Position numbers and translations under genes: made by a program. Of a stretch of 64,000 nucleotides of DNA, positions 53,001 to 64,000 are shown piece by piece. The notes below the pieces were generated by a model. The model was not told where the DNA came from. It did no database searches and saw nothing but the letters and a program-made list of their open reading frames with translations. The stretch spans positions 33,914,001-33,978,000 of the forward strand of contig OX638157.1 in assembly GCA_951804945.1 (NCBI GenBank), in the 5' to 3' direction. Within the stretch, counting starts at the first letter, position 1. Each line of letters starts with the position of its first letter. This DNA comes from Podarcis cretensis. Lineage: Eukaryota.

Positions 53001-54834
53001 TTTTTGTACAGAAGGACATTGAGGTCAGGTTAGTTCTACTAGGACTTGTAGCAAACTCATGGATGGAGAATTCTTTAATCATAAGCTTGCTTCTATTGTA
53101 CCATGCTCTGATTGGTGGATCTTGAGGTTTTAGTAGCAAACACACACACAGCGTATCACACAAGCCCAAAGCCTGTCCAAGCCTGTGACTTAAATCATGG
53201 AATGTAATAGCCTAGCAGCTCAGTTCATGTAAAACAAAGCCTGCTTATTTTACATGAAATGGAAAGAAAATATTTGCCAATGCTAGATGATATTGACCAG
53301 ACTAAAAACACTTAGGGGTTTTTGAAATATTAAGTGCTTTTAAATAAATAAAAAAATAAAGCCAAAAGCAAGGTTGGGGCCCTAGATCAAACCTAGAGGT
53401 GAAAATGAGGTTCTCAAGTCATACGATAGGTTGCCTGTCTCCTAATCCAATATGCTGGAATGCCATTTTGCAGCTGCTACTATAAAATGTGGGGTGTTCC
53501 TGTACTTCTGATAGCATATATATAGTAAAGGCAAGTTTAAAATGTATTATTTATTAAAATTATCAACAAGACTTAAATCACAAGAATGTGCGCTCCTTAG
53601 TATGGATGTGTACTAGCAATTCTTAAATAACTCAAGCTTGATCACATTACTCTTTAGCCTCCCTTCAGGAGACCTAACAATATATCAACGGAGTGGGGGT
53701 GTGTATCCCATTTAGGATCTCTAACAGAACCCCTCCATTCTCATTCTCATCTAATGCTAACAAGTATGCCTTGCAGCATGCCCTGAAGGTCAATAAACTA
53801 GCGCAAACCAAGGGAGAGATTGAGTTTGGGGGCCCCATTACAGCTCCCTTTTTATGTCAGAAGACTGACTCAAGGCAGTGGCTTAGCAAATCTCCCAGTC
53901 ACTTTACAAACCCACATTCACCCCATCAGATGAAAAATGCATTAACTTTATTGAATCTTTAGTTTTGGGATTTACTTCTCATTTCTCATTTTCATCTTTG
54001 GGAAGAGTTTGCTTTTCGACTGAAGCCTCTGTAGGACATCCAGCCTTTTATATGCAGATTGGTATAATTATCCTTTGAAATTCTCTCAATTCCCAGTGGC
54101 TTAAGCTGAGAACATGAAAGGGCAAATGTTATCCTGAGCTGAAGGATGGGGGGGGGGGGGAAGTGGCACATACATCAATCCAAGATGAGATACAGAAATG
54201 AACAGCTCTTCTTTACCCAGCGATGGCAGCTTTTGAGAGATTATTGAAGGAGCTATACAATCACAAAGGTTGTCTTGAGTAGCACACACTCGCACACAGA
54301 AAACACCCCTCTGCCTATGGATAGCCTTACCAATTTTTATCTTGTCTTTTTTATACCAGAAGGTAAATGGATGTTTAGTGAAACAAGAATAATAAACCAT
54401 GTCCACTCCCTTTGATCTTCTCCCACATGTTTAGCTTTCTTCCCTTAAGAATGGCACCTGGCCCCAGGGGGGAATTCAGGCCTGGTGGTCTGGTGATAGA
54501 ATCATCTAGCTAAGCTGTCAAGCAAGGAATGGCATCTCCACTTGGGCCTCCATCTGGGGACTGAGAGAGAAGCTCCAGAGCCAAGGCTTCATGTCCATTG
54601 AGATCCACATGACAGACATCTGGCTCCCCAGCTCAGAGGGGTGAGATAGTTGTTCTGCTGTCACATATATCAAGCATCTGTTTAATGCATCCAGACTTGC
54701 AACAACATAAAAAAGGGAACAGAATACAACAAAGGTAATTTATGCCTCTTGAAAACATAAATAGTCCTGGCTATTTAGGTTAGCCGGGACAAATGTTGCA
54801 TTCCTTTTTTACAGAAGCGTTGAGGGGAATAGCT

Positions 54835-55030
54835 TTCTGATGGTAAGAACGGTTCAACAGTGGAACAGACTCCCTTGGAAGGTGGTGGACTCTCCTTCAC
54901 TGGAGGTTTTTAAGCGGAAGTTTGATGGCCTCCTGTCATGTATGAACTAGCTGAGATTCCAGCATTGCAGGAGGATGGACTAGAAGAGCTTTTGGGTCCC
55001 TTCCAATGCTACAGTTCTATGATTCTGTGA
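54835..55030 (+). mobile_element. CR1 3' end
   Basis: FLMVRTVQQWNRLPWKVVDSPSLEVFKRKFDG; GTCCCTTCCAA...TTCTATGATTCTGTGA tail. Confidence 0.9.
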
Positions 55031-56365
55031 AACGACAGAGATTAGTTGACTCTACCCTGACACAACAGTGTCCAATGCCACTTAGCAGCTAAAGTACATA
55101 ATGGCACTTATCAGCACAGGATGTTTTGAAATAAATTAAATTAAAAATAATATGTGCATAAGCTCTAGGCTGCAGCCTAAAGCATTGGCTACCAAGAAGA
55201 GGAAGATGGATTGCACATGTGGGACATGCTTTTGCATGCATCTGGATGCTTTGGTTCACATGTAATGGAAGGAGGTTAGGCGCATCAGAAACGTGCCATC
55301 ACTCGCCACCATGTGTAAAGCCAGAGCTCTGTCGCCTACAGTGAAATCCTATGCATGTCTACTCAAGAGTAAGTTTCATTGTGTTCATAGGGAAAGGGTA
55401 CATAGGGATGCAGGCTTAGTTTTCCAAGAATAACCCACATTAACTTCAGTTTTCTTTTAAAATGCTTTGGTCATGATCTTCAAAATGCTTTGCCTGCCTG
55501 AGACCCATGCATTTTGATGGGAAGTGAACCAGTGTCACATTTTCGAAGGGAATGTTTTAACAATCGTAGGACTCAGTGACATGACCTGAATAAATAAGCA
55601 AGGCCATAAATAAATATTTTGCTGGAGTCTGTGTATTATTTGGGCAGGTGTCATAGAAACTGGAATGGGGACAGTCTGATCATTTCACTGTTGAATTTTT
55701 TTATCTTTGGATAATGAATGAAACCATTATGCTGCTTATTATCAATTCCCCGTGATATCCAGACCAGAAGGTCCCTCCTGTGTTGAGAACAACCTGATTA
55801 ACTCAAGGTGTGTTAGCTTGAGAGCAAAGTCAAGTGTTTTGAATGCAAGGAATGAAATTATTAACACAGACTTATAAACCAGAAGTGTGAAAAGAGAGAA
55901 AGCTGAATAAATGCCAATTAAAAAGTAGCCACTCATGTCGAGTCATACTGTGTTTTTCCATATAGGTTTGCTGAAATGAAGGCATAAATATACTATGAAG
56001 TGTTCAGGGATCACTATGTCAGCGGGGAAGAAATCAGACTTATATGCACTTTATTGAACAAAGGGAAGGCCACATCATTTTTCTCTAGCTGTTAACAACC
56101 AAATAATTAAATTGAATGACTTTAAAAAGGGAGAAAGAAACACCATGCTGATACTTCAGTCTTACCTCTCCACACTGCAGATGGGAATAGGGCAGAATGC
56201 AGTTTGCATCCATAGCGTAACACCAATATGCACCCAATGGAAATCTACCCCATGGATTCACTCTCAACTGTAGGTAAGTCATTTGTGTTTACTGTGTAAA
56301 TATCATTGGCAATGCCAACTGTACCTCACTGGTTGCCTTTCCAGATTCTGTTGCATTCAGAAGTG

Positions 56366-56899
56366 CAGGACCATCCCACCCATGAGGCAAGGTGAGGTGA
56401 CTGCCTCAGGTGGCAGGATCCACAGGGGCAGCAGATCCAGCTGCCAAGGAATGCACTGCCACTGTCACTGTCACTGTCTCTGTATCAATGACAGCTGTGG
56501 TACACACCTTGGAGGCTGGATCTGCCTCCTCCTCAGCACCCCCCAGAATGCCACCTCTACAGCAACCTCACAACAGAGAACAGGAGGCGCTGCTGGTCTC
56601 CTCCCATCTCCAGGGAGGAAATGGCAGGGGCTGCCCTCTGGTGTCTCCTGGGCTCTGCACATGCCTGGCATGATTCAGTTGGCTTCTTCCCCATACCCCC
56701 ATGACAGCCTTTGATTCCCACTTCAACCATCAGGTAATGTCGATGTGATTGCCCCTCCCCTGTTCCAAATGCAGATCTCCACTCTACTCTTGTTTACAAT
56801 GCACACCTTCTCTCACCCCTTCTTCCTTGGCAGGTGGGTGGGACACACACATCATTTTATGGTTCACCTCAGGTGTCAAAATGCATTGAGCTGGCCCTG
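56366..56899. mobile_element. hAT non-autonomous element, 8-bp TSD CAGAAGTG
   Basis: CAGG...CCCTG termini; TSD at 56358-65 and 56900-07. Confidence 0.85.
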
Positions 56900-57013
56900 C
56901 AGAAGTGCAACCAAGCGTCTACACCTGCCTGATATAGTACCATATTTCTCCTGTGCATATGCTAAGTTTAATCCAAACAACAGAGTGAGCAGTGTTTGTT
57001 CCCACTGTTGATT

Positions 57014-57263
57014 AGAAGAAGAAGAGTTTGGATTTGATATCCCACTTTATCACTACCCTAAGGAGTCTCAAAGCGGCTAACAATCTCCCTTGACTTCCTC
57101 ACCCACTGCAAACACTCTGTGAGGTGAGTGAGGCTGAGAGACGTCAGAGAAGTGTGACTAGCCCAAGGTCACCCAGCAGCTGCATGTGGAGGAGTGGGGA
57201 AGCAAACCTGGTTCACCAGATTACGAGTCCACTGCTCTTAACCACTACACCACGCTGGCTCTC
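57014..57263 (-). mobile_element. Squam3-like CORE SINE with (CTT)n tail
   Basis: tRNA-like head GAGAGCCAGCGTGGTGTAGTGGTTAAGAGC on minus; CORE TGGGTGACCTTGGGCTAGTCAC; (AAG)n on +. Confidence 0.85.
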
Positions 57264-57734
57264 TTAGCAAAGTGATCTTTACAAGGCAGTTCTTTAATCA
57301 TTTTATGAGACTGAACTCCCACACCTTCCTTTGAAATCTGTTTTACCTCTCTCCATGAAACCACTCTCTCTGTTTTGTAGACTCTACGTAAAATGTGCAA
57401 AAAGAGACACAAGAAAGAAGCATTATACTTTGGCCACAGGTTAATTCTACAATAAAAAAACAGGGATGGGGAACATTTGGCCCTTCAGTTGTTAGGGTAC
57501 ATCTCCCATTTACAAGCTGAGAAGCATGCAAAGAGGTCATGCACAAGTACTTCTAAATTGGGTAGCCAACACAATGCCCTCCAGATATTTGTTGGGCTAC
57601 AACTCCCATCCTTCCTGATCATTGGACATGCTGGCTAAGGCTGATGGGCCACAGGTCCCCAATCACTGAAATAAACAATTACATATCTACATTCAAATCC
57701 AATACAGATACCCACAGGAATTAAAAGTCTCCAC

Positions 57735-57870
57735 TTAGAAGGCTTGTAGAAGGAGGAATGTGTTGAATAGATGCCAAAAGGACACTAGAGAAGGCTCCTG
57801 ACTGATAAATAAAGGGAGAAAGTTCCAAAGGATAGCTGCCATGACACTAATGGCCCAAATCCAACATTGC
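57735..57870 (-). mobile_element. Old L2 ORF2 C-terminal remnant (others at ~52600-52900 and 61425-61690)
   Basis: AISVMAAILWNFLP...QEPSLVSFWHLFNTFLLLQAF resembles AFSVVAPSLWNALP...FRRHLKAALF. Confidence 0.65.
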
Positions 57871-58178
57871 TGTAGATGTACTACATTGGAGTGGGTGTAC
57901 TGCATTGTACTGCATTTGCAGTTTAGTAGGACTGGCAAGCTGACAAACTGAGCATGAAAGTTTCTATCACTCTTTGTGCTATGGCCAAGTTCCTGTTTAA
58001 AAACTCCTCTGCTCTCTCTTCACTTCCAATTGTAGGTTTAAAGGACCAGCACAGCACATTATCACAAAACGAAACCGAGCAACTGTTCTTCACAGTCACT
58101 TTATTTTTATAACTGTCTGCAGTTATGCTTTGAGAGTCATATTCACAATCCGAGTTGGAGGCTGTTTCAATATATATT

Positions 58179-58215
<37 letters not shown>

Positions 58216-58402
58216 CAATGATACCATCTGTTTAAATTCTTCATCCCTTTTATGTATTGGACACTTCTTTTTTAACCAACACTTTGCCCTTTCCTCCTTT
58301 TTCTAACGGATGCTGTTACCAGAAAAAAATGCTGACATTTACTTATTTTTAATGATAACGCTTTTGTGGGAGCAGGGGAGTGATGAGTACAAAGCACCAC
58401 TC

Positions 58403-58404
58403 AA

Positions 58405-58454
<50 letters not shown>
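58403..58454 (+). repeat. (AAAG)n microsatellite
   Basis: Direct reading. Confidence 0.95.
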
Positions 58455-58455
<1 letters not shown>

Positions 58456-58659
58456 GCTTATAAAATAATGAAAATTAGCTGAAAATCTGAAGAAAGAAAT
58501 CCTTACAAGAAAGCTAAGAGACACATGACAAGAAGAATGGCTATGTATATTATAGACCTTTTTGGATAGTATCAACTTGTACTGCAAATGGAAATCATAC
58601 ATAACTGACCAAAATTATTAAAACATCACACTCTGTATAAATCTGTAACACTAGAAATT

Positions 58660-59295
58660 AGGAACATAGAAAGCTGTTTTATGCCAAGTCAAACCATTTG
58701 TCTATCAAGCTCAGTATTCTCTTCATTGACTTGCAGTAGCTCTTTGGGGTGTTGTAATGGTTCTAGGGGTTGCTCGTGAGTAAATCAGCGCCACGCTTGG
58801 CTGAGTTACCTGGGTGAACCCTTTCTGTCCGGACAGCCACTCACCTGTGGCTGTCTCAATCGCTGGCAGAATCTGTCAGTGGGCGTTTCTTGAACTTCTT
58901 CCGGCAAAGAAGCTCTTTGACACCTAGTCTCCGCCTACTCTCCCTGCGCGGAAGCCTTCTGCGCAGGGAGGGTGTGGGCAGCAGCGGACCCGTGCTCTCC
59001 CCGCTGGTCTCCGGCGAGGAGTCATGGAGCCACCTCACCGATTCCCCCATCTGCCCCCCTTCTCCACTAGTGTTACGCTGATTTCCTTCCCCAAAAGATG
59101 GGCTGCTTCTCTCCCTCCTGGTACGCTCTCCTGAATCCCTCTGGAGCCCTCCCTCTCCCTCTGGCTCCGATGGCAGTTCCCTGACAGGTGTCAAGCAGGG
59201 AGATTCTGCCCCAGCCCTATTGAGAGATGCCAGGGATGGAACCTGGGACCTTCTGAATACAGAGTAGATGCTCTACCACTGAGCTATGATGCTTC
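58660..59295 (-). mobile_element. tRNA-headed SINE, interrupted by an LTR-like insert; related copies at ~1585, 4425, 14160, 19345, 35040, 36290
   Basis: Head ATAGCTCAGTGGTAGAGCATCT...GGTCCCAGGTTCCATCCC (A/B boxes) on minus at ~59230-59287; tail ...CTATGTTCCTAA at ~58658-58669. Confidence 0.85.
58753..59186 (-). mobile_element. Solo-LTR-like insertion (TG...CA, 5-bp TSD GGTGT)
   Basis: GGTGT|TGTAA...TGACA|GGTGT; 434 bp; CpG-rich, so likely young; cleanly interrupts a SINE. Orientation is inferred. Confidence 0.8.
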
Positions 59296-59556
59296 TTGCA
59301 TAACTTGAGTCTCACCGTTTTGAGCCCACTAACGACAGGTGAGGAAAACATATATTTTGAAGCATGTACAAGCCCCCTGAGGTGTTGTAACTGGTTTTCC
59401 GTCACATCTGCATGTCCTTGAATATGAGTTTGTCTCCTGTAATGGCTAAAACAGGCATCATGGATTTCAGAGGAGTTGCAACACAATCTTTTGTCTTGAG
59501 CAGAAAACAGAAATGTTTATTTTAGCTCTTTTGCCAAGGGGGGGGGGGCATTATTT

Positions 59557-59653
59557 ATCTAAAGGCAACCCTGTTCAGGGAAGCTTTGAATGACTGATGT
59601 TTTATTGTTTTTTTTAATATTTTGTTGGAAGCTGCCCAGATTGGCTGGGTCAA
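59557..59653 (+). mobile_element. Very short 3' fragment of an L2 related to the 45-kb element, running into the gap
   Basis: LKATLFREALND* compared with LKAALFRDAFNV*; TTGGAAGCTGCCCAGATTGGCTGGG matches the 5' arm of the 3' hairpin. Confidence 0.85.
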
Positions 59654-59812
59654 NNNNNNNNNNNNNNNNNNNNNNNNNNNNNNNNNNNNNNNNNNNNNNN
59701 NNNNNNNNNNNNNNNNNNNNNNNNNNNNNNNNNNNNNNNNNNNNNNNNNNNNNNNNNNNNNNNNNNNNNNNNNNNNNNNNNNNNNNNNNNNNNNNNNNNN
59801 NNNNNNNNNNNN
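59654..59812. other. Assembly gap (N run) covering the L2 and L1 tails
   Basis: Run of N. Confidence 1.
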
Positions 59813-60837
59813 ATACAATACAATATATAAACAATACAACACAACATTAACCGAAACAAAACAAAACAAAAACAATTTAAAAACGTACATTATACCATTT
59901 CAGTAGTCTATCTTTCATACCCTTGTTTCATCGACCTCCTCTCACCTCCCTTTTTGTATTCCACTTCTATTAATTGTTTCAGCAATTCCTTTCCATCTTT
60001 CTCTATTTTCTGTCATATAAATATCTTAACTTATTTTTACCCTTATTTTCCATTAATACTATAATGCTTATTTATGCTTAACTCCTTATAACATTTCAAC
60101 TAAAGCCATAAAATTTCATTCCAACATTTTTCTAACACTCAGTAATTTTACAATATTTCTATTTCTGAAAATAAACTTTAAAACTTTTTCCAGTCTTCTT
60201 CCACCATCTCTTCTCCCTGGTCTCGGATACTGCCAGTCATTTGTCAATTCCAAATAGATTTAATTTTCAACACTCTCTCCTGCAGGCTTGCGTGATCCAA
60301 AATTTCCCCCCTCTTCTCCTGCTTCCAAGGGGGGTTTAATAGTTTTAATCGATGGAAGTTTAATCCTTTGCAGAAGACTTTCCAAGACCTTAGCTTGCAG
60401 CGTCTTTGCTTCAATCTATTTACAAAAGGGGAAGGCGGACTTCCTGTTTAAAACCTTCCCGTTTCGGTGCCAAATTAAGACATTTATAGATCCAATTTTC
60501 TGTTCTACTCACGGGTAGTTGTTTAAAATAGAATTGTCCACAGGAAAAAGTCAGTGCTCTCCGGCAACAGCAATGCGGCTTCACTCCGTGAAAGAAACAA
60601 TCAATTCGAAGCACTGCACTGCTCACCCCACGTTGCTCCGGATCCCCGAAACCGGGTCTCCCCACGTGTAGGGGAGGCGCAAAAGGTGCCAGCCAAATCC
60701 CAGGTTCACAGGCTTCTCCCGCCTGTGATTTTTAGTGGGTCTCCGCCTTTGCCGTGGCGGCCAGACCCTGTTTCCACGGAGTAAATTCCTCCTGATCAGA
60801 GGAATTCCGCCATTGCCAGAGGCGCTAACCCGGAAGT
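59813..60837 (-). mobile_element. Internally deleted L1 (5' UTR joined to the ORF2 C-terminal remnant and 3' UTR)
   Basis: 5' terminus ACTTCCGGGTTAGCGCC...AATGGCGG (ETS and YY1 motifs) with a CpG-rich leader; MTGSIRDQGEEMVEEDWKKF at 60240-60181 resembles the squamate L1 ORF2 end (recognised from memory); A/T-rich 3' UTR runs into the gap. Confidence 0.7.
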
Positions 60838-60841
60838 TTTC

Positions 60842-60880
<39 letters not shown>

Positions 60881-61100
60881 TCATTTCATTTATACCTCAA
60901 CCTTCCTCCAAGGAGCAAAAGGTGGCACACAAGCTTCCCTGCTCACAATTTTATCCTCAAAACAACCTGGGAGACAGGTTAGACTAAGAGCTTGTGACTG
61001 AGCCAAGGTCACTCAGTGAGCTTCATATCTGAGTGGGGATATAAACCTAGGTCTCCTCACTCCTAGTCTGGCACTCAATCCACTAAACAATATTCACTCA
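60842..61100 (-). mobile_element. Older Squam3-like CORE SINE with (TTA)n tail
   Basis: CCAAGGTCACTCAGTGAGCTTCAT CORE motif; (AAT)n at 60842-60880. Confidence 0.75.
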
Positions 61101-63897
61101 ACTGATATGTTTTGCATTGGTCTTAAAAATGTTGTCACAGTCAGGACTCAAGTCACCCAGAATATCAAATTTTATGGAAGATTTTTGAAGTATAGTATAA
61201 CATGAAATTCAGCAAAGGAATCTTGATCAAAAACGTTTTGGAATTGGCTGATATTGTTTTCTCATTTTCCTAGACTGCCCATTCCATTTTCTTTCCCTTG
61301 TCTATTTTGGCAGTGTTCTACTCTTTTAACGCATCTATCACGTGACTGAATACATTAAAAATGTAAATGACAATCATAAAGATCCTAAATTAAGCCATGA
61401 AAAAATTAAGCCTCTCCTGACCATTTATTTATTTAAACAATTTATGAGTTTATAAAACTCACAAAGCAGCTTGCAAAAGGCATTAAAAATATGAGATACA
61501 ATAAAATCAACAGGACAACAGAAGCAAGATCAGAAAAAAACATCCTTTGAAAAGCGTTTCATGTGTGTTCTGAAAGGCCTGGACAACTAAAAAGGCATAT
61601 CCTGGTGACCGAAAAGGTTTGGTGAAAAGCAAGCCACCTTGGAGGGAGGAGTCCACAAACAAGGCACCACAACTTAAAAGGCCCTCACAAACTTGTCAAG
61701 AGAAAAATGGCTGGCATAGGTTGCATTCTTCATCGCAGAAGAAGAAACAGCCAATTCAGATTTTAATGGTCCCAGTAATTTTTGACTTCTGGTAGGATGT
61801 GAACCAAGCTCTTATCATTGGTTACCCACCTATGGGTTAAGTGTACATAAATATAAATTGTCTGTTTGCAACCTTGTTACACTTCACAGTGAGCTGGTCC
61901 CCCCTCTAACCCATCACTCTTGATGCCTCAGAATGCCAGGCCACTCTTGCTTCAGAGCAGACCTGGTGGGTCCTTTCTTCTTAAATTCAGGAGCCCAGTT
62001 TATCACAGGAACCTGTCCTATGGGCTTCTCCTATTTTCTCTGCTTAGGCTTATCCCACTTCCTTCTCCTAGGCTTGTCACTGTGCACAATTATCACAGAA
62101 ATCACTACTGTTCCTTTCCTCAATGCTACCCTCCTACAGCCACACCAGCATTTTAGGATTGTAACAGTGTTATATAGAAAAGTCAGTGATGTATTTAATG
62201 TAACAGCTATTTCCTCTACTTACTTTATATTGAAACTTTCAAGTACATATTTTGAATTGGAAGACTGTGATAGACTTACCTGGTATACAGCCGCAAAGGT
62301 GACAGGGGCTGGCAGACTTGAGAAGTCTTATTTTTTTCCTCCCAATATATCCTGTAGTTCTTAAGTCCCTCCTGGCTTGTGAATAAGTGGATAAAAGTGC
62401 CTCCCGGCTTGTGAGCAGTGGTGGAAGCAACCGATATCACAGAGAACACATTTCTGCTTGTTAAGGGTTGGAAGAAAAGGTTGTGAAGATTGGGCAAATC
62501 ATACATAAATTGGTATCTACATATATAACCAGCACATTTCATTGCTTATTTGGTATGTAGGTTGAATGCAGTCCCAAGACCAATTCTCCAGCCTAATTAA
62601 GAGATTCGAGGGTACAGTATGCTGATATTTAAACTAAGAGTGGATGAATCAACCCATTTCCTGTTCATGGGTCCATGTCTATACAGTGCTGATTCTGCTT
62701 TAAATCCACATGAAAATTCATGTTTATTTTTTTTAAAGCAAATTTAACAAAGAAAGGGGGTGGGAAACAAAGGGGGATAGGTGAAATAAAAAAAGAAATC
62801 CATTTTACTGAAATACATATTTTCAATGTCTTTTCCCACAAAATAGGGATTTCTAAATGCATTTTCTCTCGAAATAGACCTTTCTAAATCTATCAGTCTA
62901 AAAATACATATTTTGAAGTGAGAACTACATTGAAAAAGGTGGTGTGTGATATCCAAAGGACAGCTGCAGTGCAATCCGCCCATTAATCCAGTATGTGTTG
63001 ATCAGATTGGTTCATTTCAAAATACAGACCAGATTAAATCCTCAAGTATCCAAATATCCATGCAACAAATAGCAAAAAGAATAGCAAAAAATAGCAGTGT
63101 GAACTCACTAAGAACACTAAAGCAAAACATTTAATTATTTCAAAGTGGAGTTAACTTTAAATAGAAAAGCTAGTGTGGTGTTTTGAAGTTATAGAATGAA
63201 AGAAGCCTGCAGACTATATCATAGGAACTATATAATGTTAATTGTTACAGATGCTGAGACTTCGTGTATATCGCAGCGCTGGTCCTTCTTTTTGAAGGTA
63301 CTTTCTGTTCAGCTTCTTGCATGACCCACATGCTGAAGATGTTGCTTTATATTTCATTTGTAAGACTAACCCTCCAATTAGTGGCTGATAATACTTGAAA
63401 CTGAATTGGTCCTGTGATGACTCATAGCATGAAAGAGGGAAGTAACTGAGTCATTAAGACTTTGGCATGAAGCATGATTGTCGCGTTGGTTCTAGAGAGG
63501 CAGATGGGATGTGAGAAAGTCTAATACGAGAAAATATTTAATCTACTTTTCTTCTGTATAATTAAAGAAGTTCCTAAATCATTCTGCATTTTCTTTGAAA
63601 TCTTCCTACATTGGTTCATCAGAACTTAGGGCAAATTATTTACTTGCGTATTTGTTATGTACTTGCCAAATGCCTCTGAAAGTGGGACCCCAACAACCAA
63701 ACCAGAAATTTATATCATTAAATACAATCATGTCTTTATACACTACTGTTTTATTGTAATTATGGGTTGTTTCTATTTTTTCTCAGAGAGTATTCTAATA
63801 TAACTTTGTTATGTCAATTAATAATACACATAAAGTTGCATCTGTAATCTAGCCAATTGAACACAGTTACAAATCAATAGTCCAAAAGCCTGTGTAT

Positions 63898-63944
<47 letters not shown>
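63898..63944 (+). repeat. (CAA)n microsatellite
   Basis: Direct reading. Confidence 0.95.
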
Positions 63945-63945
<1 letters not shown>

Positions 63946-64000
63946 TTTTTGTCTGTTGAAGCAAAGGCAGGACTAGCAGACAAGTCCTCTGGCTGTCATT

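Noticed and set aside
59225-59290. tRNA gene (also the SINE heads at 19345, 25961, 36290 and 57230)
   Set aside because: A/B boxes are present, but they continue into SINE bodies and do not form a full cloverleaf.

Overview
Vertebrate genomic DNA, almost certainly from a squamate and probably a lacertid lizard (inferred from Sauria SINE, Squam3-like SINEs, Bov-B and squamate-type L1/L2/CR1 fragments). It is AT-rich, TE-rich and contains two short N-gaps. The only long ORF is an uninterrupted APE-RT ORF (45064-48096, minus strand) in an apparently near full-length, single-ORF L2-clade LINE. That element has a 3' stem-loop, a (TTA)n tail and a 5' array of about 4.7 GC-rich 110-bp monomers with alternating variants. 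Other notable elements are an internally deleted L1 (5' UTR fused to the ORF2 tail), a young TG..CA solo-LTR-like insert with a 5-bp TSD nested in a SINE, a decayed Gypsy pol, two Bov-B fragments and many hAT and Tc1/pogo MITEs with readable TSDs. A candidate terminal exon (24353 onward, + strand, ending ...TVSHCQDSQSF*) is followed by about 8.7 kb of 3'-UTR-like sequence, so the first half may be the last intron and 3' UTR of a host gene I could not identify. There are no prokaryotic features or CRISPR arrays. Nearly all short ORFs in the track are noise or TE shadows. No clearly new biological system can be established from sequence alone; the L2 monomer array is the best lead.
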